From: a bacterium | GTDB taxonomy: Bacteria; Hydrothermota; UBA3072; JAPDKE01 | Direction: 5' to 3' | DNA length: 64,000 nt | NCBI GenBank assembly: GCA_029258725.1 | Contig: JAPDKE010000003.1 | Location: 22,538-86,537 of the forward strand | Shown here: positions 49,721 through 59,142 of the stretch, in pieces | Layout of the letters: each line of letters begins with the position of its first letter | Position numbering within the stretch: position 1 is the first letter of the stretch | Notes under the pieces: model-generated | Databases searched by the model: none | What the model was told of the DNA's origin: nothing | Seen by the model: the letters and a program-made list of their open reading frames with translations, nothing else | Position numbers and translations under genes: made by a program

Positions 49721-50630
49721 CCGTTATCGCCTCGTATGCCTTTTCAAGTGAGGTTATTATTACCTCCTCCCCACCCCACTCAATGAATTTTATCGCAGCC
49801 TCTATCTTTGGTCTCATGCTTCCAGGGGCAAAGTGCCCCTCTTCCATATACTTCCTTGCCTCTTCAGGTGTCATCGTATCTATGGGAGCCTGTGAGGGTG
49901 TGTTGAAATTGAGGTAAACCTTATCCACCCCGGTTAAGATCATGAGAATGGATGCACCTATATCCCTTGCAAGGACTGCGGATGCAAGGTCCTTATCTAT
50001 AACCCCATCAAGCCCCTCATAGGTCCCATCTTCCTCTATATACACTGGAATCCCACCACCACCTGCTGCTATCACAATCACTCCCTCCTCCACAAGCTTT
50101 TTTATAACGTCCTTTTCAACTATCTTGAGGGGGATTGGGGAGGGGACGACCCTCCTCCATCCCCTCCCGGCATCCTCCATCACGGCAATCCCGCGCTCTT
50201 TAAGCCTCATCGCCTCCTCGTATTCCAGGAAAGGACCTATGGGCTTGGTGGGATTCTTCCACGCAGGGTCGTTTTTAGAGACTATAACCTGGGTTGGTAT
50301 GGTAACAACCTGACGGTTTATTCCCTCTCTTATAAGCCTGTTCTGGAGAGACTGCTCTATCATGTATCCCATCCATCCCTCGGTTGCAGCAACTATCACT
50401 CCCAGTGGAAGGGGAGGAATTCCGGCGCTTTCACCAAGTTCGTTCTTTATCACCTCCTGTCCTGCCTGGGGTCCATTTCCATGCGTGATTGCAAGCATGT
50501 ACCCCTCTTTTATGAGTTTAACAATCGGGGCAAGGCTCTTTCTCGTATTTGCGAACTGCTCGTGTATATCTCCGGATGAGCCCTTTGGTATTATTGCATT
50601 TCCACCGAGGGCAACGACTGCCTTCTTCAT
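49674..50630 (-). CDS. arcC: carbamate kinase
   Basis: 318 aa; N-terminus MKKAVVALGGNAI...ITHGNGPQ and amino-acid-kinase fold motifs. Confidence 0.85.
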   Translation of the reverse strand: MKKAVVALGGNAIIPKGSSGDIHEQFANTRKSLAPIVKLIKEGYMLAITHGNGPQAGQEVIKNELGESAGIPPLPLGVIVAATEGWMGYMIEQSLQNRLIREGINRQVVTIPTQVIVSKNDPAWKNPTKPIGPFLEYEEAMRLKERGIAVMEDAGRGWRRVVPSPIPLKIVEKDVIKKLVEEGVIVIAAGGGGIPVYIEEDGTYEGLDGVIDKDLASAVLARDIGASILMILTGVDKVYLNFNTPSQAPIDTMTPEEARKYMEEGHFAPGSMRPKIEAAIKFIEWGGEEVIITSLEKAYEAITGEEGTRIRGDKSKKT

Positions 50631-51967
50631 TTTATTCTCTCTTTGAGTATATCCTCAAGGGTTGGGGTTCCTATCTCTTCAAGTTCGTATGTCACCCTTA
50701 CATGAGGTTTGTTTATGTTTATGAGTTTTCCCAGGTCAATTGGGGTTGCTATTACCACAACATCCACGGGAGCCCTGTTTATTGTCTCCTCAAGTTCCTT
50801 TATCTGCTGTTTTCCATATCCCATTGCAGGAAGCACATTTCCGGTTGTGGGATACTTCCTGTAGGTATCAACTATGGAACCAACCGCATATGGTCTCGGG
50901 TCAATTATCTCGGATGCACCATACTTCTTTGCTGCAACCCATCCTGCTCCGTATGCCATCTCTCCGTGGGTGAGCGTTGGTCCATCCTCAACAACCAGGA
51001 CTTTCTTGCCCTTTATCACAGAAGGGTCTTCAACAAATATGGGTGAATTTGCCTCTATTACAACAGCTTCAGGGTTTATACACCTTGCAGTATCCTTAAC
51101 CTTCTCAACGTTCTCCCTTTCTGCTGTGTCAACCTTATTTACAACTATAACATCCGCAAGCCTGAGGTTTGTCTCTCCTGGATGATAAAGCAGTTCGTGT
51201 CCGGGTCTGTGGGGGTCAACCACGGTTATCTGGAGGTCGGGTTTGTAGAAAGGGAAGTCGTTGTTTCCGCCATCCCAGAGAATAACATCTGCCTCCTTCT
51301 CCGCCTCTCTCAGGATTGCCCCGTAGTCCACTCCTGCATATACAATATTTCCTCTTCTGAGGTGGGGTTCGTACTCCTCCCTTTCTTCAATGGTGCATTC
51401 ATATTTATCCAGGTCGTCAAAGGTTGCAAATCTCTGAACCTTCTGTTTTACAAGGTCGCCATAGGGCATGGGATGCCTTATCACAACAACCTTCTTCCCC
51501 ATTTTCCTCAGGACATCGGAGACCTTTCTTGTTGTCTGGCTCTTTCCACATCCGGTTCTCACGGCACACACGGCAACGACGGGCTTTTCTGAACGGAGCA
51601 TCGTAGATTCAGGTCCGAGCAGCCAGAAGTCTGCTCCTGCTGCCATTGCCTCTGATGCCTTGTGCATCACGTGATTGTGGGAGATATCTGAATAAGAAAA
51701 TACGACGATATCAACCTTTTTTTCTTTTATTATGGAAGTGAGCTCCTCCTCGGGGAGGATTGGGATACCATCAGGATAAAGTTTTCCTGCGAGTTCAGGA
51801 GGATACCTTCTTCCCTCTATGTTTGGAATCTGCGTTGCGGTGAATGCAACAACCTCGTATTCAGGGTTGTCCCTGAAGAACACATTAAAATTATGAAAGT
51901 CTCTTCCCGCTGCTCCCATTATCACAACCTTTTTCTTCATTCTCACCTCCTTTGTTTGGGGGGACAC
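50627..51967 (-). CDS. COG2403-family P-loop protein (cyclic 2,3-diphosphoglycerate synthetase-like); function uncertain
   Basis: 446 aa with a central P-loop AVRTGCGKSQTT. Size and layout resemble the COG2403 'predicted GTPase'/cDPGS family, but the family call comes from memory only. Confidence 0.35.
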   Translation of the reverse strand: MSPQTKEVRMKKKVVIMGAAGRDFHNFNVFFRDNPEYEVVAFTATQIPNIEGRRYPPELAGKLYPDGIPILPEEELTSIIKEKKVDIVVFSYSDISHNHVMHKASEAMAAGADFWLLGPESTMLRSEKPVVAVCAVRTGCGKSQTTRKVSDVLRKMGKKVVVIRHPMPYGDLVKQKVQRFATFDDLDKYECTIEEREEYEPHLRRGNIVYAGVDYGAILREAEKEADVILWDGGNNDFPFYKPDLQITVVDPHRPGHELLYHPGETNLRLADVIVVNKVDTAERENVEKVKDTARCINPEAVVIEANSPIFVEDPSVIKGKKVLVVEDGPTLTHGEMAYGAGWVAAKKYGASEIIDPRPYAVGSIVDTYRKYPTTGNVLPAMGYGKQQIKELEETINRAPVDVVVIATPIDLGKLININKPHVRVTYELEEIGTPTLEDILKERIK

Positions 51968-52124
51968 TGCTAAATATTAAGAAAATAAAGCCTGTTTGTC
52001 AAGTTCAAATAACAGACAGTCCTCCTGCAACTGGCATACAGAAAAACCTGCCCATCATGAGCTTTGTTTCTGTTTCCCACAGGATGGATATCCCGGGCAT
52101 GTTTATTACATAGCCTGCTCAAAG

Positions 52125-52153
52125 TTGACAAAATTCCAATTCCTTCCTATATT
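52125..52153 (+). promoter_or_regulatory. near-consensus sigma70 promoter
   Basis: TTGACA, 17 nt spacer, TATATT. The predicted transcription start is at about 52160. Confidence 0.4.
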
Positions 52154-52159
52154 TAAAAC

Positions 52160-52318
52160 ATGAAGATATCGCTTTTGCCTGAGAAACTTGAGGCATTTAT
52201 AAAGGGTTTCTCCATTCCTGAGGAGGCGCAGATGAGGAATCCTGTCTTTCCGGGTGAGAACTCTGAGCGATTTGTTGGTTATGAACTCAGGGAATACTGC
52301 TCGTTGCAAGGTATGTGA
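52160..52318 (+). CDS. possible small ORF (52 aa) translated from a leaderless transcript
   Basis: The ATG sits at the predicted +1 of the promoter above. MKISLLPEKLEAFIKGFSIPEEAQMRNPVFPGENSERFVGYELREYCSLQGM is not low-complexity. It is below the ORF-track size cutoff and no homolog was recognised. Confidence 0.2.
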   Translation: MKISLLPEKLEAFIKGFSIPEEAQMRNPVFPGENSERFVGYELREYCSLQGM

Positions 52319-52327
52319 GATAATCAG

Positions 52328-53884
52328 ATGAAAAAGGGTAAATTTTGCCTCGTCCTATTTTTCTCATCCCTTGTCTTTTACCTTCCTTCTCTCAGACTTC
52401 CTTTATTCTTTGACGATGTTGAGGTGCTGGGTGACCCCAGGATACGTTCATTTTCGGGAATAAAAAGCATATCCCCCGCAGAAAGACCTTTGAGACTCTA
52501 CACATTTTTCGTTGACAGGAAACTCTGGGGAGAAAAATACTGGATATGGAGACTTGAAAACATCTTATTTCACGGGGTTAACACATGCATTCTCTTCTAC
52601 CTCCTTACCCTCCTGGGAATACCCTTAAGATTTTCCTTTCTCTCATCCCTTATCTTTGCAATTCATCCGATTCACTTTGAGACTCTGCTTGTTATCTCCC
52701 ACAGGAAAGAGGAATTGCTTTTCTTTTTTTACATCCTCTCATTTATTTTCTACATAAAAAATCGCCCTGTCGTTTCTATTATTTTTTTTCTTTTCTCCCT
52801 TCTTTCAAAAGAGGTTGCAATTTCTCTCCCCTTTGTTCTCCTTGCCTATGAATTCACACACGAGAAAAAATTTAAAAAAACCATTCCCTTCTTTGTCATT
52901 CTTTTCGTTCTTCTCCTGTATCTTCCATTCTCTCCCTTCCATCTTCCCTCCTATCGTGAATATTCCCCTTTAAAGGGAAAGCATCCGGTATTCCTCCTTC
53001 TCAATCTTCCTCTTTATGCCTTTCTTTATCTCCAGAAACTTATTTTACCATGGAATACATGTATTGACCCTCCCTTCCCGCTGCTCTCTTCTCCCTTACT
53101 TATTATATTCTGGGGAATGTGGTTCGGGGTCATCTTTCTTGCTTTGAAAGCGGGGAAAAAAACCCTGTTTCTCATTCTCTTCTTTTTCATCACCTTTCTC
53201 TTTATCTCTCCATTAATTCCTGCAGTAAACCCCCTTGCTGACAGATACATGTATCTTTCCTCCATTGGAATATTCCCCCTCCTTTTTCTTCTCCACAGGA
53301 GATGGAAATATGCAATCCCTTATATTCTCCTCATCACCATCTTTTCCTGCCTTTCCATGAAAGACTGGAGGAGCCAGGAAGGAATATGGAAAAGGACCCT
53401 GAGATTCAATCCATCTTCTTACTTAGCCCACAATAATCTCGGAGTGATATACAGGGATAGAGGTGAGTTGAATAAGGCAGAAACAGAATTTAAAAAAGCA
53501 ATCCATTCTGAACCCCGCTTTTATGCTCCATACGTAAATCTGGGAAACATATATTTCAAAAAAAAGAACTACAAAAAGGCAAAGTCTTTATTTTTCAAGG
53601 CACTTGAAAAAAGAAAGGAGCCAAGAATTTACTTCAATCTCGGTCTTGTATATCTCTATCTTGGACAGCCCGACTCCGCCCTCTACTGTTTTGAAACCTC
53701 TGCAAAATTATCCCCCTCTCACTTCCCTTCTTTTCTGAACGCGGGAATTTTATATTTTAAAAGAGGAGATATAGAGAAAGCAGAATTTTATTTAAACAGA
53801 GCATACAGGCTAAACCCCACTCATCCCAAGGTAAAAAAATACCTGGAAAAAATAAAAGGGGGAAGAGGCACTTTATCCCAGTGA
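52328..53884 (+). CDS. polytopic membrane protein with C-terminal TPR repeats (TMTC/PMT-like GT-C glycosyltransferase, DUF1736-like)
   Basis: About 11 TM helices, an N-terminal PLFFDDVEV motif (like the DD/DE motif of GT-C mannosyltransferases), and four C-terminal TPR units. Confidence 0.5.
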   Translation: MKKGKFCLVLFFSSLVFYLPSLRLPLFFDDVEVLGDPRIRSFSGIKSISPAERPLRLYTFFVDRKLWGEKYWIWRLENILFHGVNTCILFYLLTLLGIPLRFSFLSSLIFAIHPIHFETLLVISHRKEELLFFFYILSFIFYIKNRPVVSIIFFLFSLLSKEVAISLPFVLLAYEFTHEKKFKKTIPFFVILFVLLLYLPFSPFHLPSYREYSPLKGKHPVFLLLNLPLYAFLYLQKLILPWNTCIDPPFPLLSSPLLIIFWGMWFGVIFLALKAGKKTLFLILFFFITFLFISPLIPAVNPLADRYMYLSSIGIFPLLFLLHRRWKYAIPYILLITIFSCLSMKDWRSQEGIWKRTLRFNPSSYLAHNNLGVIYRDRGELNKAETEFKKAIHSEPRFYAPYVNLGNIYFKKKNYKKAKSLFFKALEKRKEPRIYFNLGLVYLYLGQPDSALYCFETSAKLSPSHFPSFLNAGILYFKRGDIEKAEFYLNRAYRLNPTHPKVKKYLEKIKGGRGTLSQ

Positions 53885-53945
53885 AAATTTTTTCATTTTT
53901 TTGGAAAAATTTTTCATAAAATCTCCATCTGGAGGACTATTTTTC

Positions 53946-53961
53946 TGGCATGGTTTTTGTA
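53946..53961 (+). promoter_or_regulatory. possible sigma54 (-24/-12) promoter upstream of the minor-pilin operon
   Basis: TGGCATG-N4-TTGTA has correct GG/G spacing relative to the consensus TGGCACG-N4-TTGCW, but the -12 is GT rather than GC. It lies 32 nt upstream of the first pilin ATG. Confidence 0.25.
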
Positions 53962-53992
53962 TTTTTCCTTATGAAAAACAGGGAGGTGAAGA

Positions 53993-54445
53993 ATGAAAAA
54001 AGGTTTTACACTTGTTGAGGCTCTGGTGCTTATAATCATAATGGGATTGATGGTAGCGATGGCGGTTCCTCTCATAAATAATGAACAACTTCGTTTCTCA
54101 AGTGTTATGAATAATCTTATAATGCTTGTGAAGGATGCAAAGCAAAATGCCATTACAAAGGGAGAATGGTATGGTTTTATGTATGAGACAAGAAATGACA
54201 GCTGTATAGCCTATTTCTTTGAGGATGCCAACAGAAACCGGACATACGATGCAGGAGAGACAAAGGTGGAAAGATACCTGAGAGGTGTCACATTCTCCAC
54301 CTCTATCTCAGAACCCATTATTTTCTTCCCCGATGGCACTGTTTCAGAGGCTCTGGACCTGGTGGTGGAAAGTCAGACATACGAGGGAGAAATATGGGTG
54401 CTGCTTTCTGGATTTATTAACTATGAAGTAAGGAGGAAATCATGA
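53993..54445 (+). CDS. prepilin-type minor pilin / pseudopilin (FimT/GspH-like)
   Basis: MKKGFTLVEALVLIIIMGLMVAMAV is a class III signal with the G|FTLVE cleavage/methylation motif. A GGGAGGTG ribosome-binding site is present. Confidence 0.7.
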   Translation: MKKGFTLVEALVLIIIMGLMVAMAVPLINNEQLRFSSVMNNLIMLVKDAKQNAITKGEWYGFMYETRNDSCIAYFFEDANRNRTYDAGETKVERYLRGVTFSTSISEPIIFFPDGTVSEALDLVVESQTYEGEIWVLLSGFINYEVRRKS

Positions 54446-54810
54446 TAAAAAGAGGTTTCTCACTCGTGGAAGTACTTGTTGCCCTTGTGATTCTTTCGGT
54501 AGGAATACTGGGTGTCACCAAACTTTTCACTCTTGCGATGTCCAAAACCACAGAGGTAAGAGTAAATAACCGTGCTGTGTCTCTTGCCTTCCAGACCCTT
54601 GAAAGATTGAAAAATCTTCCTTTCAACCATGCGGACCTTACAGAGGGTACCCATACTGCCCCTCCGGAAACCCTGGGAGTAACTGAATACAGAAAAAGAT
54701 GGATAATAGAAGACGACGTGCCCATGCGGGGTATGAAAAAGATAGAAGTGATTGTGGAATGGGGAGAGAATGATAGTGTGTACATGTATACCTACCTTAC
54801 CAGATATTAA
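54442..54810 (+). CDS. prepilin-type minor pilin, PilV/GspI-like
   Basis: MIKRGFSLVEVLVALVILSVGILG is the PilV-type N-terminus. It overlaps the upstream gene by 4 nt. Confidence 0.7.
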   Translation: MIKRGFSLVEVLVALVILSVGILGVTKLFTLAMSKTTEVRVNNRAVSLAFQTLERLKNLPFNHADLTEGTHTAPPETLGVTEYRKRWIIEDDVPMRGMKKIEVIVEWGENDSVYMYTYLTRY

Positions 54811-54822
54811 AGGAGGTGGGTC

Positions 54823-57534
54823 ATGAAGAAAAAAGGATTTAGCCTTATGGAACTTATAATCTCCATGGTAGCCATCGGAGTGGTTGTCGGAGGAATCATA
54901 GGAATATTCCTGCGTCATCAGCGCTATCAGAAATATCTTGAGGCACTCACACAGGCACAGGAAAGTGGAAGGATTGGAATAGAAATTCTCTCCAGGGACC
55001 TCAAACAAATGGGAGCAGGAATAGATGTGGAAAACCAGCAGCTCATGATTGCATATGCCTCTCCCTATGAGGTAATATTCAATGCAAATCTCACACCATA
55101 TCCAGACGATCCAACAAACCCCGGATACCCGAAAGCCATGAATCCCTCGCTTTCTCCAAGCTCAGCCGGACCCCATTATGCCCCTGGAAGGCAGTATGAA
55201 ACTGGTGCGGAAACCATAAGATATACTCTTGATATTAACGATGATGGTGAAGTAAATGAAGAGGATAAAAATGCATCATCTCTTTCTCGAAGCACCCGGA
55301 ATCCCAACGATTATGTACTCGTGAGAAGGGTTTATGGAGAACTTGCGGATGGAACAAACGGAGGAACCACAGAACCTCTGATACTCGTAAAAGGACCTGA
55401 CCGCTATCCTGACCAGACGGATACAACCGTTCAGCCCATCTTCCAGTACTGGTGGGACGACGATAATGACCCTTCTACCCCTCCTGTTCTCTGGGGAGAT
55501 GTGGATGGGGATGGTAAGCTTTCTGGCGACGAAATACGAAACCTCACTCCGATCACGGACGCAAGAACGCTTCAGAGAATAAAAAGAATTACCATTTTTC
55601 TCGTCCTGGAACCAGTAAGACCGGATCCACGGGGTAATTATCACGAGGTGGTGCTCCAGACAGATGTTGCTCCAGGAAATGTTCCCAAGCCGGTAAGAAT
55701 AATAACCGGACATGTTTATCAGGACCTTGACGAAGATGGTGAATATGATGTTGGAGAACCGGGTATTTCGGACTGGACAGTATGGCTGAGTAGCGGAGAC
55801 TTGACAGTTACAAATGCATGGGGTATTTATACCTTTGCAGTCCCTGCTGGAAACTACACCATCATAACCCAGCCAAAAACAGGATGGTTAAATACCACCT
55901 CTCTTACCAAGGAGGTGTATGCTGAGACAGGGGATGTGGACCTTACCACAGATACTGTATTTGGCTTCAAACCCTGGCCAACAGGATGGGTTGAGGGTTA
56001 TGTATTTCTTAACAATACCCCTCTTACTCCATGCTCTTTCGACCCTGACAGTGGCGACCTTCCCATAGCATATGCTAAGGTTACCGGTGATGACTTCAGT
56101 GGACGCACTGATACCCTTGGTTTCTACAGAATAGAGGTAAACGCAGATATCCAGCACAGGATTTCAGTGGATACACTCAGTGGAGTATGTATTATTACTG
56201 AGCCATCCCCTGGTGTTACATATGACACAATTCCTGGAGAATTGAATGCCATCCTCTTCACTGTTGAAGAAAATGATACAGCAAGGATAAGTTTCTCCCG
56301 CCAGGAAGCAACGGGGATACCCTGCACTTTAAAAATAGTCCGTCCTGAGGGTGGAGAGATATGGGCACTTGGCTCGGATGAGTGGGTAAAATGGTATGCG
56401 GATGGAATTGACGACAGTATCATAAAGGCGTATTACTACTACTCTTCCGATGCAGGCGTCACATGGGAGTATATAGACTGGTCCGATAGAGACTATCTCA
56501 GAGGAAGGGATTCTCTCCTCTGGTCCATACCCGATACACTTGCACCCACAAGGAGAGCGGTTGCACGGATTATTGCCTACGACCAGGGAGGCAACATGTG
56601 CTACGATGAGAGTGATCTCTTTACCATTGCGCCTCCACATGGATTTGTCAGGTTCTACTTCAGGAGAAACGATGCTTTTGATACCATACCTCCAGGAATT
56701 GATACGGTAAAGACAAGCCAGTGTGATGGGGTAACAAACTGCGAGCACTGGGCAAGATACATGGACATAGAACCTGACGCAGACACCTTTGGAATAGCAG
56801 AGGTGCATCTTGAGCTTGAAGGAGAACATCCCCTGGATACTCTTATAAGATACATGTTCCCTGGAAGTACATATGCTGAGTGGATCACAAAACCGGGACT
56901 CCCCTATGCGGATACCATATTCCCGGGTGTATGGAAGTTTTACTTCTATGCATTAAGTACAGTGTCATTTGAAACCCCAGCCTCGGGAGGCGGAAGTGGT
57001 AGAGGAGGAGAGGTTGCACTCGGACCCACTCCTGGACCTCCTGGAGGAGGTGGCGGTGGAGGCGGTGGAGGCGAACCTCCTGGAGGAGGTGGACCTCCTG
57101 GTGGTGGAGGAGGTGAACCTCCTGGAGGAGGAGGTGATGGACCTCCGGGAGGAGGAGCTTCCCAGGTGACCCCGCAGATAAGGATTGAGGTTTCAAGAAG
57201 GGATAGCCTTGGAAGCCCTGAGAGTGATACCACGCTCATATGGTATAAGCTTTCTGAAGATGTATACTATGCTTATGACTTCTCCACCCGTTCTGCCGTA
57301 AGATGCTCAATCCTTCACGATGATACTCTTACGGATGAACTCACCATAGACACCATATGGATAAAGGTTCCGGTGGGTTTCCCGATGGATAGAAGCCACA
57401 GGCTGTATATAAAGGTCTTCCTGGATACGCGGTCTTATGGACACACGGGTTTTGAGCAGTATTCCTACATCTACTACAACTCCACGGAGTCTCCAAATGC
57501 ACCGTCGTGGTTTGAACTTCCACCTGCACCATAA
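54823..57534 (+). CDS. giant (903-aa) prepilin-leader protein, PilW-like N-terminus with adhesin-like (Cna-B/SdrD-like) domains and a Gly/Pro-rich tract
   Basis: MKKKGFSLMELIISMVAIGVV...QRYQKYLEALTQAQESGRIGIEILSRDLKQMGAG is the PilW-like pattern. Two GxVYxDLDEDGEYD...TNAxGxYxF segments follow, then GGGSGRGGE...PPGGGG... Confidence 0.65.
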   Translation: MKKKGFSLMELIISMVAIGVVVGGIIGIFLRHQRYQKYLEALTQAQESGRIGIEILSRDLKQMGAGIDVENQQLMIAYASPYEVIFNANLTPYPDDPTNPGYPKAMNPSLSPSSAGPHYAPGRQYETGAETIRYTLDINDDGEVNEEDKNASSLSRSTRNPNDYVLVRRVYGELADGTNGGTTEPLILVKGPDRYPDQTDTTVQPIFQYWWDDDNDPSTPPVLWGDVDGDGKLSGDEIRNLTPITDARTLQRIKRITIFLVLEPVRPDPRGNYHEVVLQTDVAPGNVPKPVRIITGHVYQDLDEDGEYDVGEPGISDWTVWLSSGDLTVTNAWGIYTFAVPAGNYTIITQPKTGWLNTTSLTKEVYAETGDVDLTTDTVFGFKPWPTGWVEGYVFLNNTPLTPCSFDPDSGDLPIAYAKVTGDDFSGRTDTLGFYRIEVNADIQHRISVDTLSGVCIITEPSPGVTYDTIPGELNAILFTVEENDTARISFSRQEATGIPCTLKIVRPEGGEIWALGSDEWVKWYADGIDDSIIKAYYYYSSDAGVTWEYIDWSDRDYLRGRDSLLWSIPDTLAPTRRAVARIIAYDQGGNMCYDESDLFTIAPPHGFVRFYFRRNDAFDTIPPGIDTVKTSQCDGVTNCEHWARYMDIEPDADTFGIAEVHLELEGEHPLDTLIRYMFPGSTYAEWITKPGLPYADTIFPGVWKFYFYALSTVSFETPASGGGSGRGGEVALGPTPGPPGGGGGGGGGGEPPGGGGPPGGGGGEPPGGGGDGPPGGGASQVTPQIRIEVSRRDSLGSPESDTTLIWYKLSEDVYYAYDFSTRSAVRCSILHDDTLTDELTIDTIWIKVPVGFPMDRSHRLYIKVFLDTRSYGHTGFEQYSYIYYNSTESPNAPSWFELPPAP
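56985..57165 (+). repeat. Gly/Pro-rich low-complexity tract, with DNA-level cctcctggaggaggtgg repeats, inside the pilW-like gene
   Basis: GGGSGRGGEVALGPTPGPPGGGGGGGGGGEPPGGGGPPGGGGGEPPGGGGDGPPGGGAS. The nucleotide sequence shows near-perfect short direct repeats. Confidence 0.6.
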
Positions 57535-57546
57535 AGGAGGTGTGCA

Positions 57547-59025
57547 ATGAAAAGAATGGATAGAAAAGGTATAGCCCTGGTCATATCCCTCATGGTACTT
57601 CTTGCCCTCACTGCGCTGGGCACTGCACTCATGGTAATCACAGTTTCGGAAACGAGACAGGAAGGAGCATATAAATGGTATCTTAGTGCCCTTCAGGTTG
57701 CAGAGGCAGGATTCTGCGAGGCTATCCAGAGACTCCGTCTCCCTGAGTCCGACCCCCTCTATATCGGTGAAACCGGAACACTTAATCCCAACTGGATGGC
57801 AATCATTCTCCTTACGAACGATCTTCCCCCCAATATTGGAGATACCGTGTTTTATTCAAGCACTCAGATAACCAACGGAGTGAGTCCTGTGCTTCTTTAT
57901 TCTGCCGAATCTTTCAACAATTCAACAGAGGATATAGTGCTCAAGGTTTACTACAAACATGAAGGCAATTCAATCTGGTTCTACGATGAAAGGCATCAGC
58001 GTGAGGTCCTGGGTGACCCATCTCTTGGGGACATGTACTATCCCATATATGTGATAGAGGTAACAGGAAGGTCGGGTCTCTCCCGGAGAAAGATAATAGC
58101 AGAGGTGGTAAAGAGACAGATATCCGTAAACATCCCTGGTGGGCTTGCTGCAGCCAATGCATACTTTGTTGCAAAAGGAAAACGGGATATTGCCGTGTGT
58201 GGACATGTACACAAGGAAAGCACTCCCTGGGGAACGTACGCAAGCGATACCGACCCTGGTGGCTCTCACCACTATTGCTATGAACAGGATGCGAGCGGGA
58301 ATGAACTCTATCATGTTCGTAGACAGGATGGAACACCTCATCCGGTGGATAATCCGGAGGTCAATCCCGAATGTTCTGAAGCAGGATGCATACCCGGAAT
58401 AGTCACCACATCCTGGTCCCTCCGGGCAGGAAACAGATGTGACTTCGATGCATATGGAAACCCTGATGTGCTCATAGACCCTGACTACACAACCCCTGAA
58501 ATATGGGAAATTCTCGGGTTTGAAAGCGAGGCGGCAATGCTCTCTGAGATAGACTGGCTCACTGACCCAAGTGCATCAGAATATACCTACGACAGCTCTG
58601 CAGCAGCAGATACTGCCTCCCCCAAATTTGTCCACATCACACCTGCACTCGCCAACGGAACGGTGAGGGTAATGGACCCGGATAATCCTGCGGGAGTTAT
58701 TATAGACAGCGTTTACTCTCTTCCTGCAGGACGATATGGAAAAGGTGTATTATGGATAGAGGGAAGTGCACATATTCAAAATAAAGGCTTCAAGTGGAAA
58801 GGTCTCATCTATGTGGAGCATCATCTTATCACTCCCAAGCAGGGAACACCTGGTGCATTCTGGGTCCTCGGAAGCGTATGCGTCAAGGGCGACATCTATC
58901 CTGAAAAGGGAGGCGAAGCAGGAAAGAAGCCCATCCAGGTCCTCTACTGTCCGAGAACCATAGACAACTCCATAAACGTGGAGGCAGGTTCCTTCCATAT
59001 CCTTAAATGGCGTGAGGTACGGTAA
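57547..59025 (+). CDS. PilX-like minor pilin (PilX N-terminal domain), 492 aa
   Basis: MKRMDRKGIALVISLMVLLALTALGTALMVITVSETRQEGAYKWYLSALQVAEAGF matches the PilX_N pattern. An AAGGAGGTG ribosome-binding site is present. Confidence 0.65.
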   Translation: MKRMDRKGIALVISLMVLLALTALGTALMVITVSETRQEGAYKWYLSALQVAEAGFCEAIQRLRLPESDPLYIGETGTLNPNWMAIILLTNDLPPNIGDTVFYSSTQITNGVSPVLLYSAESFNNSTEDIVLKVYYKHEGNSIWFYDERHQREVLGDPSLGDMYYPIYVIEVTGRSGLSRRKIIAEVVKRQISVNIPGGLAAANAYFVAKGKRDIAVCGHVHKESTPWGTYASDTDPGGSHHYCYEQDASGNELYHVRRQDGTPHPVDNPEVNPECSEAGCIPGIVTTSWSLRAGNRCDFDAYGNPDVLIDPDYTTPEIWEILGFESEAAMLSEIDWLTDPSASEYTYDSSAAADTASPKFVHITPALANGTVRVMDPDNPAGVIIDSVYSLPAGRYGKGVLWIEGSAHIQNKGFKWKGLIYVEHHLITPKQGTPGAFWVLGSVCVKGDIYPEKGGEAGKKPIQVLYCPRTIDNSINVEAGSFHILKWREVR

Positions 59026-59030
59026 GCCGG

Positions 59031-59073
59031 CTCTCCCCCTGGAGGGGAGGGGGAATTTCCCCCTCCCCTTTTT
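59031..59073 (+). terminator. strong Rho-independent terminator ending the pilin operon
   Basis: Two hairpins: CTCCCC-ctgga-GGGGAG, then the perfect 10-bp stem GGGGAGGGGG-aattt-CCCCCTCCCC followed by TTTTT. Confidence 0.65.
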
Positions 59074-59142
59074 GTAATTTTAACCCCATCCCCGGCACTG
59101 TTGAGGGAAAAAGAACATATGCATCACTGACAATCCCTATTC

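Noticed and set aside
52106-52309. 67-aa minus-strand ORF in the 361-nt intergenic region
   Set aside because: It has a TTG start and no ribosome-binding site, and it is antisense to the better-supported promoter plus small plus-strand ORF.
56885-57239. Pro-rich minus-strand ORFs (PPPGG repeats)
   Set aside because: They are the antisense of the Gly/Pro-rich tract of the pilW-like gene.
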